DNA of 53,487 nucleotides from contig CAMCEM010000005.1 of NCBI GenBank assembly GCA_945873755.1, positions 1 to 53,487 on the forward strand, written 5' to 3'. Source of the DNA: Chitinophaga pinensis (GTDB taxonomy: Bacteria; Bacteroidota; Bacteroidia; UKL13-3). Shown in pieces: positions 1 to 8,933 of this stretch; positions within the stretch are counted from its first letter, which is position 1; every line of letters starts with the position of its first letter. Position numbers and translations under genes: made by a program. Below the pieces are notes generated by a model. It made no database searches. It was not told the origin of the DNA and was given only the letters and a program-made list of their open reading frames with translations.

Positions 1-230
1 CCCTGTTGGGTTGACATCCCCATGTCAGAGCCCAATTCCGTTTAAAAGGAAATTCGAAAGTCAACATTATTTTATAAAATAAAAAATAGGTATTATTGCC
101 AACAGAGTGAATAACTCTTAAATTAGTCAACCATTTTCAGGACGCTGCAGACCTCCTTCATGCCAACTCACAAGGGGGAAGCGTTTGTTAAAACACCATT
201 AATTGTTTTTAGAATTTAGATTTTTTCTAA

Positions 231-1871
231 CTATTCTTTTATTAGTTTTTGGCTGTAATTTCCTTTTAAGGTTTTAAAAATGATGGTGTAAACGCCTTTG
301 TTTAATAAAGAAACATCAACTAATAATTCATTGTTTTTTTGTGGTTCGGTGTTTTCTATGGTATAAACTTCTTTCCCTAAAATATCAATTATTGTCAATT
401 CAAAATTGTTCGTTTTAAGTTCATTGTAGTTTATAATCACTTTATCGTTGGCAGGGTTTGGGTATAATTTTAACAAACTACTATTTACATTATCTACCCC
501 TAATGCCCATTTGCCAACGGTTATGTTAATTCCTCTTATTGCAAAGGCACTTTGAGGACAAAACCTATCGGTGCCTGTTACTTTAAATGAATGAGGCTGA
601 GTTCTTATGGCTTCAATGGGTGGTGTCCAACAAAACTTAAAACTATCGGCTTTTGGACCCTCAATAGTACGTTGTTTTAAAATATAATTTCTTGTAAAAG
701 TAGCGTTGTTAAAAGCTGGATTATAACTTGCAGGAACATCCCATTTCAAATCGGTAGTATCAGCAAATATTGGTGGATTATTAGTTAGTACTGCTTGGTC
801 TTCGGCTACTACATCCAAACATATTTCTTTGCCTTGTTGTAAATAAAAATTATTACTTCCAGCATTTAATTTTCCATCTTTATACACTTTAATTAAAGGA
901 ACTCTATTTACAATACAAATATTGGTTGTATTTATTTGTAATTCTCTAAAAGTTGTTCCAACCAATGTATTTACATTATTCATTTTACGCCATTGCGAAA
1001 CTTCCATATTTATATTTGCAACAAATAAACCCAATGGTCTAAAACTGATATTTCCAGTTAATGGGTCTATTCGCAGGTCGAGTGGAAATGGACTTGGAGG
1101 AGCAAAATATGGGAATGGTTTTTCTGCCGAATAAGGCGCAATATAACTTACTGGAACACCTCTTCCTTTTAAACTAGGCACCATTTTATAGCTTAACGAG
1201 TCACCATCAGGGTCTGCAGCGCTTAATTCAAAAATATGGTCTATACCTGCGCAAATTGAAGCATGTGCATTATTAGTAAAAACTGGCGATGAATTTTCAA
1301 TACATTTATTAAGTATACATTCAGTATAAAATGTTTCTGGAACAATGGTTGTAAGCGATTTATTGCGTCCATCAATGCTAATTGATAACCCAATATTACA
1401 ACAATTTGCAGGAACTGCACTAACATCTACCAATCCTTCAAAAACATATACTTCTATGCCAGGGTTGTAAGTACCAGCAGTGCGCGTATTGCAATTGGTA
1501 CAAGTTGATTTAATAGATTCACATTTTTGAAACTCCACAATATCGTAAGCATTGGGTACACCAGTAACTATATTTAAATTAAAATCGCCATAGTTTATGC
1601 CCTCAAAACCTTTATCTAAACCAACAATGGCAGTTGTAAATCCTGCATTTTTAAGTGTGCAACCGTTTGTAGTTCCATTAGGGAAAGCAATATTACAACC
1701 CGCACACAATGCTTCTGCCGAACAGTCGCGATAAACTTTTACAGTTACTTTAAATATGTTTTTATTGGCTGTGGCTTGGTAACTCATATCGGCAGCATTA
1801 ATTTGAACAGCAACAACTTTGTTTGCATTAAAAAGTAAAAAGACAGTTAGAAAAGTAAATATGTTTTTCAT
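231..1871 (-). CDS. T9SS type A sorting domain-containing secreted protein (Cys-rich N-terminus, cadherin-like DPDGDSL motif)
   Basis: 546-aa ORF; N-terminal signal peptide; C-terminal LYPNPA...KGVY...QKLIKE typical of the T9SS CTD. Confidence 0.85.
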   Translation of the reverse strand: MKNIFTFLTVFLLFNANKVVAVQINAADMSYQATANKNIFKVTVKVYRDCSAEALCAGCNIAFPNGTTNGCTLKNAGFTTAIVGLDKGFEGINYGDFNLNIVTGVPNAYDIVEFQKCESIKSTCTNCNTRTAGTYNPGIEVYVFEGLVDVSAVPANCCNIGLSISIDGRNKSLTTIVPETFYTECILNKCIENSSPVFTNNAHASICAGIDHIFELSAADPDGDSLSYKMVPSLKGRGVPVSYIAPYSAEKPFPYFAPPSPFPLDLRIDPLTGNISFRPLGLFVANINMEVSQWRKMNNVNTLVGTTFRELQINTTNICIVNRVPLIKVYKDGKLNAGSNNFYLQQGKEICLDVVAEDQAVLTNNPPIFADTTDLKWDVPASYNPAFNNATFTRNYILKQRTIEGPKADSFKFCWTPPIEAIRTQPHSFKVTGTDRFCPQSAFAIRGINITVGKWALGVDNVNSSLLKLYPNPANDKVIINYNELKTNNFELTIIDILGKEVYTIENTEPQKNNELLVDVSLLNKGVYTIIFKTLKGNYSQKLIKE

Positions 1872-1893
1872 AATTGATTGAATTTAAGTAATT

Positions 1894-1901
1894 CAAACTT
1901 A
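1894..1901 (-). promoter_or_regulatory. Putative Bacteroidota -7 promoter box (TAAGTTTG)
   Basis: Matches TAnnTTTG about 22 nt upstream of the 1871 start. Confidence 0.45.
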
Positions 1902-1948
1902 GTAATTAATTTTAATTTTAATTTTAAATTTTGACAAAAAGTAGGCAT

Positions 1949-1982
1949 AAAAAAACCTGCACTAAAACTAGTGCAGGTTTTT
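1949..1982 (-). terminator. Intrinsic terminator after the Omp28-like gene
   Basis: aaaaacctgcact / agtgcaggttttt inverted repeat with A/T tails. Confidence 0.85.
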
Positions 1983-2001
1983 AATAAAACTTTAAAATAT
2001 T

Positions 2002-4041
2002 TTATTTAGCAATATTTAATTTAGAAGAAGTAACAACACCGTTAGCTTCAATTTGAACTAAATATAAACCATTAGCAATTGATGAACAATCAACCAATTG
2101 GTTCAATTCGTTAATAGTTGTTGAATAAACTAATTTTCCATTTAAATCAACAATTTTAATTGTTCCTTTTGTAGTATTTTTTAATTCAACTGTAAAATTA
2201 TTTTGAGCTGGATTAGGGAAAATATTAAAATCGTTACTTTCAATAACATTTTTGTAACCTAAAGGAAACACAGATGCAGAAGATTGTGATTGCCATACTT
2301 CTTTTTTAGTATCATCTTCAATAAACACAATTGCACTTAAATTCCAAGGATCTTCAACTGAATTTTCAGTAGCTAAGTTTATAATACTAGCTGTTTGTCC
2401 GTTTGCAGGTAAACGATATTTACCAGGAATTACATAAGATTGTGTGTAAGGAATTGCAGTGCCTGCAGTAAATGAAATAGCTGAACCAGAAGCATTAGGT
2501 AACATTTTTTTCATTACATTAAAAAATTCAGTTTCACCATTGGTTGCTGCATTATTTTCGGTTCTACTTTCAATTACAGCAATTCTAATTTTTAAATTAG
2601 CAGTGCTAAAAGATTGAACAGGAGTAACGTTACCAGAAACAGTAAAAGTTTTAGTTAATGGATCGTAAGTATGGTTAGCTGTAATAGAAACCAAAGATGG
2701 TTTATTAGCATAATTATCAAAAACAGTTGATGTGTAACTATTAGAATTTTGGTTATAAGAACCATCAACAGTTAACCAAGGAACAAAAGTTGCTCCATAA
2801 AATGAAAATCTGCTTCCTACTTCTGAAGTATAGTAAGGATCACCAGTTCCAGGGAAATTAGCTTGATACTTAATAACATTCCATTGATTATTTTTTGTTT
2901 TGATAACATTAGATAGGTTTACATTTCCGGGAACACAAGGAGGGCAAGTTGAAGAAGTAAATAATTCATGTAAAACTTTACGTGGCACAACTGTATTAAA
3001 TACTTCAGTTGAAACTGTTAAAGTATCATTTTTACCATTTTCATCAACATTTTGGTTAGGACTATCAATCCAAACTTTTATAACTTTAGCACCACTTGTT
3101 GCAAAATTTAAAGGTGTTGGAAAATTAAAGGTTTCTAAACCACCAGATTTTGTAGTATTTAAAGTAGATAATGCTCTGGTTGTAGTAGCACCACCATCAA
3201 CTGAATAAGAAACTTTTAAGTATGCAATATCGTTCTTTCCAAAGTTTTGAATAGTACAAATTAAATCTGCATTAGTAGATTTTGCTACATAAACAGGTAA
3301 AACTAGCTTATTTAAACCTACTTCATAATTTGCTTGAGGACCTGGGATAAATTTGTAAACAATCATATCAGCATTTGCTAAAATAGTTAAAGCAGTAGCT
3401 GTAATAGGGTAAGCAAATGAAGAAGAGTTACCTAACATTACTCCTTCAGTTCCAGTTGCATTTTGGTAACCAGCAACACCAGAAATAGAACCTGCTTTTC
3501 CACCATAAACTATATCAAATCCACCAGCTTCGTATAATTTTACTGCAGTAAATATGATATTACTTCCATCAGGAGCAACACCTTTTTTAGCCATACCATA
3601 CCATTGTATAACATGCACTCGGTTAGGTGAACTACCATAAGAATAACTAAATACTTGCGAACGCTCTCCAGTATATTGTGTATTTCCAATACATTCCATA
3701 TCAGCCCATAATGCAAAAATAGCATTTTTGGGAGCAGTACTATCTGGCAATGCCTTAGGTGTATTCATTGAAGAGGTAGTAGTTAAATCGAATGTTAAGT
3801 AACCATTGTCAGAAACTTTGTAAGAAGAATAATTAGTTCCATTAAAAGAAAAAGGAAAAGGAATGTTGTTTGCACCTGAAATAACATCGTTTGAACCTTT
3901 GTCAAAAATAACAGATGTAGAAGCTGTAGCTTGGAATTGGTTGTAAGCATCAGTTACACCAATTGTTTTGTAGTTCCAAAACCCTTGACTGAACGCATTT
4001 AGGCTGCTTAAAATAGCGCCAAATAGTAAAATTTTTTTCAT
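2002..4041 (-). CDS. Omp28-related T9SS cargo protein (CxxC thioredoxin-like domain, Ig/CARDB-like domain)
   Basis: 679 aa; signal peptide; ELFTSSTCPPC motif; NVMKKML Omp28-like segment; IFPNPA...NGLYLV CTD. Confidence 0.85.
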   Translation of the reverse strand: MKKILLFGAILSSLNAFSQGFWNYKTIGVTDAYNQFQATASTSVIFDKGSNDVISGANNIPFPFSFNGTNYSSYKVSDNGYLTFDLTTTSSMNTPKALPDSTAPKNAIFALWADMECIGNTQYTGERSQVFSYSYGSSPNRVHVIQWYGMAKKGVAPDGSNIIFTAVKLYEAGGFDIVYGGKAGSISGVAGYQNATGTEGVMLGNSSSFAYPITATALTILANADMIVYKFIPGPQANYEVGLNKLVLPVYVAKSTNADLICTIQNFGKNDIAYLKVSYSVDGGATTTRALSTLNTTKSGGLETFNFPTPLNFATSGAKVIKVWIDSPNQNVDENGKNDTLTVSTEVFNTVVPRKVLHELFTSSTCPPCVPGNVNLSNVIKTKNNQWNVIKYQANFPGTGDPYYTSEVGSRFSFYGATFVPWLTVDGSYNQNSNSYTSTVFDNYANKPSLVSITANHTYDPLTKTFTVSGNVTPVQSFSTANLKIRIAVIESRTENNAATNGETEFFNVMKKMLPNASGSAISFTAGTAIPYTQSYVIPGKYRLPANGQTASIINLATENSVEDPWNLSAIVFIEDDTKKEVWQSQSSASVFPLGYKNVIESNDFNIFPNPAQNNFTVELKNTTKGTIKIVDLNGKLVYSTTINELNQLVDCSSIANGLYLVQIEANGVVTSSKLNIAK

Positions 4042-4090
4042 TGTTTGTATTTATATTAAAAATCAATATTAAGATTATTTTAAGTTTTAA

Positions 4091-4098
4091 CAAATTTA
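4091..4098 (-). promoter_or_regulatory. Putative -7 promoter box (TAAATTTG) for the Omp28-like gene
   Basis: TAnnTTTG match upstream of 4041. Confidence 0.4.
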
Positions 4099-4169
4099 TT
4101 TTAGTAATTTTTTTAAAAAATAAATTATATCAATTTTAAACAATGCATACAACTATCTAAAAGTAATAA

Positions 4170-4177
4170 TACTTTTG
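4170..4177 (+). promoter_or_regulatory. Putative -7 promoter box (TACTTTTG) for recF
   Basis: TAnnTTTG match 8 nt before the ATG. Confidence 0.55.
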
Positions 4178-4185
4178 CCGCTTAT

Positions 4186-5298
4186 ATGCATTTACAATTA
4201 ACCCATTTACGTTTATATAATTTTAAAAATTATTCGTCTTCAAAATTCGAATTTAGTCCTGAAATTAATTGCTTTACTGGATTAAATGGAAGCGGTAAAA
4301 CCAATGTATTAGATGCCATTTATTACTTATGTTTTACCAAAAGTTATTTCCAAAACCAGGACGTGGTAAATATACTAACCCACGAAAATGAATTAAGCAT
4401 TAACGGTACATTTATAAAAAGTAATAACACAGAAAATGTACAACTAATAGTACAAAAAGGAAGTAAAAAAAAGCTTAAGTTAAATAATAACGAATATACC
4501 AAACTGGCTGATCATATTGGTTTGTTTCCATTAGTGATTATTGCCCCTAACGATATTTATTTAATACATGAAGGTAGTGAAGAACGCAGAAAATTTATTG
4601 ACTCATTTATTGCCCAATTTGATAAAATATATTTAACCAATTTAATACAATATAACCGAGCATTAGAACAAAGAAATGCTTGCCTTAAAAGTTTTTTTGA
4701 AACCCATTATTTTGATGAAAACTTAATAAATAACTACAACGAAAAACTAATTTTACATGGTAGTTATATATTTGATAAGAGAAAGGAATTTATAGCCGAT
4801 TTTGAACCTTTGTTTTTAAAATATTACACTAAAATTAGTTCCAATTCCGACTCAGTATCATTAAAATATGAAAGTGAACTTTACAATGAAAATTTTAGCA
4901 ATTTATTAATAAACAATATTAAAAATGACCAAGCTGCACAGCGCACCACCAAAGGCATACACAAAGATGATTTGATATTTGAAATAAATAATTCTCCGCT
5001 TAAGAAAATGGGTAGCCAAGGGCAACAAAAATCGTTTATTATAGCACTAAAATTAGCTCAATACGAATATTTAAAAAACAAAACCAGTATTAAACCATTG
5101 CTTTTGCTCGATGATATTTTTGAAAAGCTTGACAATAATCGTTTGGCAATTATTTTAAACATGATTGGAGAAGATAATTTTGGACAAATATTTATAAGCG
5201 ATACCGACAAAAAAAGGCTTGAAGAAATGTTTAAAAATCTTCAAGCCAAAATAAAATATTTTGAAATAAATAATGGAACTTTAGTTGCTAGCACTTAA
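4186..5298 (+). CDS. recF: DNA replication/repair protein RecF
   Basis: NFKNY, Walker A GLNGSGKTN, GIHKDDL, GSQGQQK, LLLLDD. Confidence 0.95.
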   Translation: MHLQLTHLRLYNFKNYSSSKFEFSPEINCFTGLNGSGKTNVLDAIYYLCFTKSYFQNQDVVNILTHENELSINGTFIKSNNTENVQLIVQKGSKKKLKLNNNEYTKLADHIGLFPLVIIAPNDIYLIHEGSEERRKFIDSFIAQFDKIYLTNLIQYNRALEQRNACLKSFFETHYFDENLINNYNEKLILHGSYIFDKRKEFIADFEPLFLKYYTKISSNSDSVSLKYESELYNENFSNLLINNIKNDQAAQRTTKGIHKDDLIFEINNSPLKKMGSQGQQKSFIIALKLAQYEYLKNKTSIKPLLLLDDIFEKLDNNRLAIILNMIGEDNFGQIFISDTDKKRLEEMFKNLQAKIKYFEINNGTLVAST

Positions 5299-5649
5299 AG
5301 CCAAATCAACGGCTTGCTGCAACATTTGCGATGTTATTGGTTTTGATAAAAAACCATGACTACTGGCTTCGCTAATGCGTTTAAAAGTATCGCTTTCTTT
5401 ATGGCTACTAGCAAAAATAACTTTGGTTTTACCGCCAATTATTTTAGCAGTATCAACTCCATCTAATTTGTCATTTAGCTCTATATCCATAATACATATA
5501 TCAATGGTTTCTGCCCTTATAATTTCAATGGCTTCAAAACCATTTGAACAAGTAATAATGTTTTTATAATTTAAACCCAACAATGTTTTTTTTAACACTT
5601 CGCGGGTTAATTCATCGTCTTCTACTATTAAAAATTTAGTGTCTTTCAT
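5281..5649 (-). CDS. Single-domain response regulator (receiver)
   Basis: LIVEDD, DICIMD, VIFASS, FLSKP receiver motifs; 122 aa. Confidence 0.9.
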   Translation of the reverse strand: MKDTKFLIVEDDELTREVLKKTLLGLNYKNIITCSNGFEAIEIIRAETIDICIMDIELNDKLDGVDTAKIIGGKTKVIFASSHKESDTFKRISEASSHGFLSKPITSQMLQQAVDLALSASN

Positions 5650-5764
5650 ATATATTATTTAATTTCAACAAATGTTGTTTTATTTTTACTTAATTAATTT
5701 TAAAAAATTGTACTTTATTAGCAAGTTATTGTGTTTATACAATTCGATTGGACAAGTTTTTGAA

Positions 5765-6180
5765 AAATGCAGAATGCGGAGTATAAAGTTTAAAGTATAA
5801 AGTTTAAAGTTTAAAGTATGAAGTTTAAAGTATGAAGTATAAAGTTTAAAGTATGAAGTTTAAAGTATGAAGTTTACAAATGCGGAATGCGGAGTGACAA
5901 AAGTGCGGAGTGAAAAGTTTGAAGTATAAAGTTTGAAGTATAAAGTTTGAAGTATAAAGTTTGAAGTATAAAGTATAAAGTATGAAGTTTACAAATGCGG
6001 AATGCGGAGTGACAAAAGTGCGGAGTGAAAAGTATGAAGTATAAAGTTTAAAGTATAAAGTTTAAAGTATAAAGTTTGAAGTATAAAGTTTAAAGTATAA
6101 AGTTTAAAGTATAAAGTTTAAAGTATAAAGTTTACAAATGCGGAATGCGGAGTGACAAAAGTGAGGAGTGAAAAGTTTGA
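5765..6180. repeat. Two-level tandem array: 37 TWTRAAG heptamers (runs of 13, 10, 14) punctuated by three 45-nt blocks
   Basis: Block tttacaaatgcggaatgcggagtgacaaaagtgcggagtgaaaag starts at 5873, 5988 and 6131 (one mismatch in the third copy); partial block at 5765-5781. Confidence 0.95.
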
Positions 6181-6200
6181 TTAAATAATTTTAAAAAACA

Positions 6201-6247
6201 TCCCCCTAACCCCCTTCTCCATTGCAAAGCCAACTCACAAGGGGGAA
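6201..6247. repeat. C-rich/G-rich REP-like hairpin; shares 19 nt with 162-180
   Basis: tccccctaacccccttc...gccaactcacaagggggaa; gccaactcacaagggggaa also occurs at 162-180. Confidence 0.7.
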
Positions 6248-6354
6248 TTTATAACTACACCTATTGATAAGAAAAATTTTTGATTTAAGAATATTATAAA
6301 TTCGAAGTTTTTTTAGAATCATTCGAATTTCTAATTTATTTTTTCGAATTTACA

Positions 6355-6960
6355 TTATGGTATTTTCATAAACTTATGTGTTTGCAAACTGATTTTCCAT
6401 TTTGGATTTAGTTTTACGTATTCAATAATTTGTGGGAGCATTTGGGTTGATTTATCCCATTCGGGTTGTAAATATAAAATACACTTTTCATTTACCAAAG
6501 CAGCGTATTTTTCGGCCCATTCAAAATCGGTTTTATTAAAAACTACAATTTTTAATTCATTGGCTTTTTCAATTACTTCTAATAAAGGCTCTTTAAATTT
6601 TTTGGGTGAAAGGCAAATCCAATCCCAATTACCACTTAGCGGGCTTGAACCACTGGTTTCAATATTGGTTTCAATGTTGTTTTGATGAAGCAATGCTGTT
6701 AACTCATCTAAATGATGTAAAAGTGGTTCACCACCTGTAATTACAGCCATTTGGGCTTTGGCTTCTTTTATGTATTGAAGCATGGTGTTTATTCCAACTT
6801 TAGGATGACTATTGGCGTCCCAACTTTCTTTTACATCGCACCAAACGCAACCAACATCGCAACCACCTAAACGTAAAAAATATGCGGCTTTCCCTGTATA
6901 AAAACCTTCACCTTGAATGGTATAAAAATGTTCCATTAAAGGAAGTGTAATTGCGTTCAT
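6355..6960 (-). CDS. queE: 7-carboxy-7-deazaguanine synthase (radical SAM)
   Basis: FYTIQGEG, CDVGCVWCD, ITGGEP, IETSG, SLQTHK. Confidence 0.93.
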   Translation of the reverse strand: MNAITLPLMEHFYTIQGEGFYTGKAAYFLRLGGCDVGCVWCDVKESWDANSHPKVGINTMLQYIKEAKAQMAVITGGEPLLHHLDELTALLHQNNIETNIETSGSSPLSGNWDWICLSPKKFKEPLLEVIEKANELKIVVFNKTDFEWAEKYAALVNEKCILYLQPEWDKSTQMLPQIIEYVKLNPKWKISLQTHKFMKIP

Positions 6961-6993
6961 TTGAATTTAATTTATTGCATTAAAAAAATAGAT

Positions 6994-7218
6994 TTAATAA
7001 TCTGTTTTCTTGTATAAAACTTTATCGTTGTTTTTATAAATAACTAAATTATCAGGATTTATGATTACTGGTTTATCTTTCAAAGCAAATAAAATAAACA
7101 AAGATATAACTGGTAAAAAAATTCCAATCCAAAACCACAACCAAAAGCTTCGTCCTTTACAAATGGCTAAATAACCCATTACAGGTGCAAAAAATAATAG
7201 TAAAAATAATGCTTCCAA
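6994..7218 (-). CDS. Small two-TM hypothetical membrane protein
   Basis: 74 aa; KGRSFWLWFWIG between two hydrophobic segments; TTG start. Confidence 0.7.
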   Translation of the reverse strand: MEALFLLLFFAPVMGYLAICKGRSFWLWFWIGIFLPVISLFILFALKDKPVIINPDNLVIYKNNDKVLYKKTDY

Positions 7219-7295
7219 GGTAAATGCTTTAAAATTATAACTATTAATATATTATAAAATATCTATAGTAATTTATTACAAATTCTTAAGATAGT

Positions 7296-7505
7296 TTATG
7301 CATAAATCAATTTTCCTTTTGGCTCAGGTATTGGTCTATTTAATAATTTAGCAGTTTCAATCCATTCTTCAATTACTTGCTCCACATTTATTAATGCTTC
7401 TTTATAAGTAGAACCATCAGCAAGGCAACCTTTTAATTCTGGTACTTCGGCAATAAAAGCACTATCCTCATTGCTCCAGTAAATAATAATTTCATAACGA
7501 TGCAT
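7296..7505 (-). CDS. hicB: HicB-family antitoxin (short form, no DNA-binding domain)
   Basis: YWSNEDSAFIAEVPELKGCLADGST...EWIETAK...PIPEP; ATG at 7505 preferred to TTG at 7511. Confidence 0.9.
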   Translation of the reverse strand: MHRYEIIIYWSNEDSAFIAEVPELKGCLADGSTYKEALINVEQVIEEWIETAKLLNRPIPEPKGKLIYA

Positions 7506-7507
7506 AA

Positions 7508-7759
7508 TCAATTGAGTTTTAATTTATATTTTAAAATTAATTTGCGAACTTGTTCTACTTGATAATTTTTAGCTTTATTTCCTTTTGCCTGCAAATTAAT
7601 AATTTCATCAATACCATTCATATAGAAAATATGGTGACTGCCTTTTATTCGCATTTCAAATCCTAAAGATTTTAACAAATTAACGAGCGTTTCAAAAGGA
7701 ATATTACCATCTGAAGTTCCATTTAAAATTTTCTGAAAAATACTATCTCGTTTACTCAT
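7508..7759 (-). CDS. hicA: HicA-family mRNA interferase toxin
   Basis: LGFEMRIKGSHHIF and AKNYQV motifs; directly upstream of hicB. Confidence 0.9.
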   Translation of the reverse strand: MSKRDSIFQKILNGTSDGNIPFETLVNLLKSLGFEMRIKGSHHIFYMNGIDEIINLQAKGNKAKNYQVEQVRKLILKYKLKLN

Positions 7760-7767
7760 TCAAAAAG

Positions 7768-7775
7768 CAAAAATA
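7768..7775 (-). promoter_or_regulatory. Putative -7 promoter box (TATTTTTG) for hicAB
   Basis: TAnnTTTG match 8 nt before the hicA ATG. Confidence 0.45.
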
Positions 7776-7930
7776 TACTTTCAATTAACAATAAAAAAAT
7801 CAATTGGTTCAATAGGTTCTTAATTTTACTTCAATCTAAATAATAGTTAGAAACTTTCTTTTTAAATCAACGTTAATTTAATTTACTTGAATATTAAGTT
7901 TTTACATTGTTTATTCATAAGAACTATAAC

Positions 7931-8275
7931 TTACAAAAATCCTAGTTGTAATTTGGCAGCTTCGCTCATTAAATCTTGGCTCCATTGTGGTTCAAAGGTT
8001 ACGCGTACTTCTACTTCTTTTACACCTTCAATGGCACTTAATTTTTCTTTTATTTCCGCAGGCATACTTTGCGCTGCAGGACAAAATGGTGAAGTTAAAC
8101 TCATTACAATTTCTATATTCAATTCGTTTGAAACATTCACTTCATAAATTAAACCTAGTTCATAAATATTTACAGGAATTTCAGGATCGTATACTGTTTG
8201 AATAACTTGTATGGCCTCGTTTTGTACATCTACAAAAGTACGAAGTGGTTTATTTTCTGTATTGGTTTCTTCCAT
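7931..8275 (-). CDS. sufT: DUF59/SufT-like Fe-S cluster assembly protein
   Basis: VYDPEIPVNIYELGLIY, LTSPFCP, PQWSQDLMSE; last gene of the suf operon. Confidence 0.88.
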   Translation of the reverse strand: MEETNTENKPLRTFVDVQNEAIQVIQTVYDPEIPVNIYELGLIYEVNVSNELNIEIVMSLTSPFCPAAQSMPAEIKEKLSAIEGVKEVEVRVTFEPQWSQDLMSEAAKLQLGFL

Positions 8276-8284
8276 ATTATTTTT

Positions 8285-8360
8285 AAAATTCTAAATTCTA
8301 ACATCGAAATTCGAATCAAAGCAATTTCTTTTCGAATTTCGTATTTAATTATTCGTGCTT
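8285..8360. repeat. Inverted heptamer cassette (aaattct/aaattcg ... cgaattt) between sufE and sufT
   Basis: aaattctaaattctaacatcgaaattcgaa ... ttcgaatttcgtatttaattattcgtgctt. Confidence 0.65.
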
Positions 8361-8787
8361 AATTATTTTTGCTGTTATACGCTAATGCGTACAATTTTAT
8401 TTGTTTAATCATATTGTTAAATCCATTGCTTCGTTGGCTGCCAATCATGCGGCTCATGCCAATTTTTTCAATGAAAAATAGTTCACTGTTTAAAATTTCA
8501 TCGGGGGTTTGGTTGCTCCAAACTTGAACCAGTAAACTAACCAAACCTTTTGTAATTTCGGTATTGCTATCTGCTTCAAAAATTACTTTGCCATCCATAA
8601 AACTTGGATAAACCCAAACTTTACTTTGGCAACCTTTTACTATAAAATCTTCTGTTTTATGAGCTTCAGGCATGGCAGGCAGTTTTTTACCTAAATCCAT
8701 TAAGTAAAACAAAATGCTTTCCATATCGCCATCGAACAATTCAAAGTTTTCGATGATTTCGTTTTGTATGTCGGTTATATTTTTCAA
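8359..8787 (-). CDS. sufE: Cysteine desulfuration protein SufE
   Basis: VKGCQSKVW, ADS..ITKGL, SQRSNG; suf operon context. Confidence 0.93.
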   Translation of the reverse strand: MKNITDIQNEIIENFELFDGDMESILFYLMDLGKKLPAMPEAHKTEDFIVKGCQSKVWVYPSFMDGKVIFEADSNTEITKGLVSLLVQVWSNQTPDEILNSELFFIEKIGMSRMIGSQRSNGFNNMIKQIKLYALAYNSKNN

Positions 8788-8826
8788 ATAGTTCTTAATT
8801 TTTAGTACCTAGTTTTTAGTTTTTTT

Positions 8827-8933
8827 GCCACAGATTTCACAGATTACACTGATAGATTTTGTATTTATTTTTGTTACAAATTACTTATTTTATAACACAG
8901 ATTTTTTTTATTTTTTTCTGTGTAATCTGTGGC
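8827..8933. mobile_element. Empty MITE-like element with (c)cacagatt 9-mer inverted arms
   Basis: gccacagatttcacagatt (8827-8845) ... tctgtgtaatctgtggc (8917-8933); same arms as those flanking the GxxExxY gene; mobility is inferred. Confidence 0.6.

Noticed and set aside
67-82. 16-bp palindrome ttattttataaaataa
   Set aside because: A/T-only sequence, expected by chance in this AT-rich genome.
5281-5298. recF / response regulator 18-bp convergent overlap
   Set aside because: Short tail-to-tail overlaps are common, and nothing suggests a special function.
5765-6180. CRISPR array
   Set aside because: The spacers are heptamer runs of 70-98 nt rather than unique sequences, and no cas genes are in the window.
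6355-6960. queE as part of a 7-deazaguanine DNA-modification (dpd) island
   Set aside because: No dpdA, queC, queD or folE nearby; a lone queE fits ordinary queuosine synthesis.
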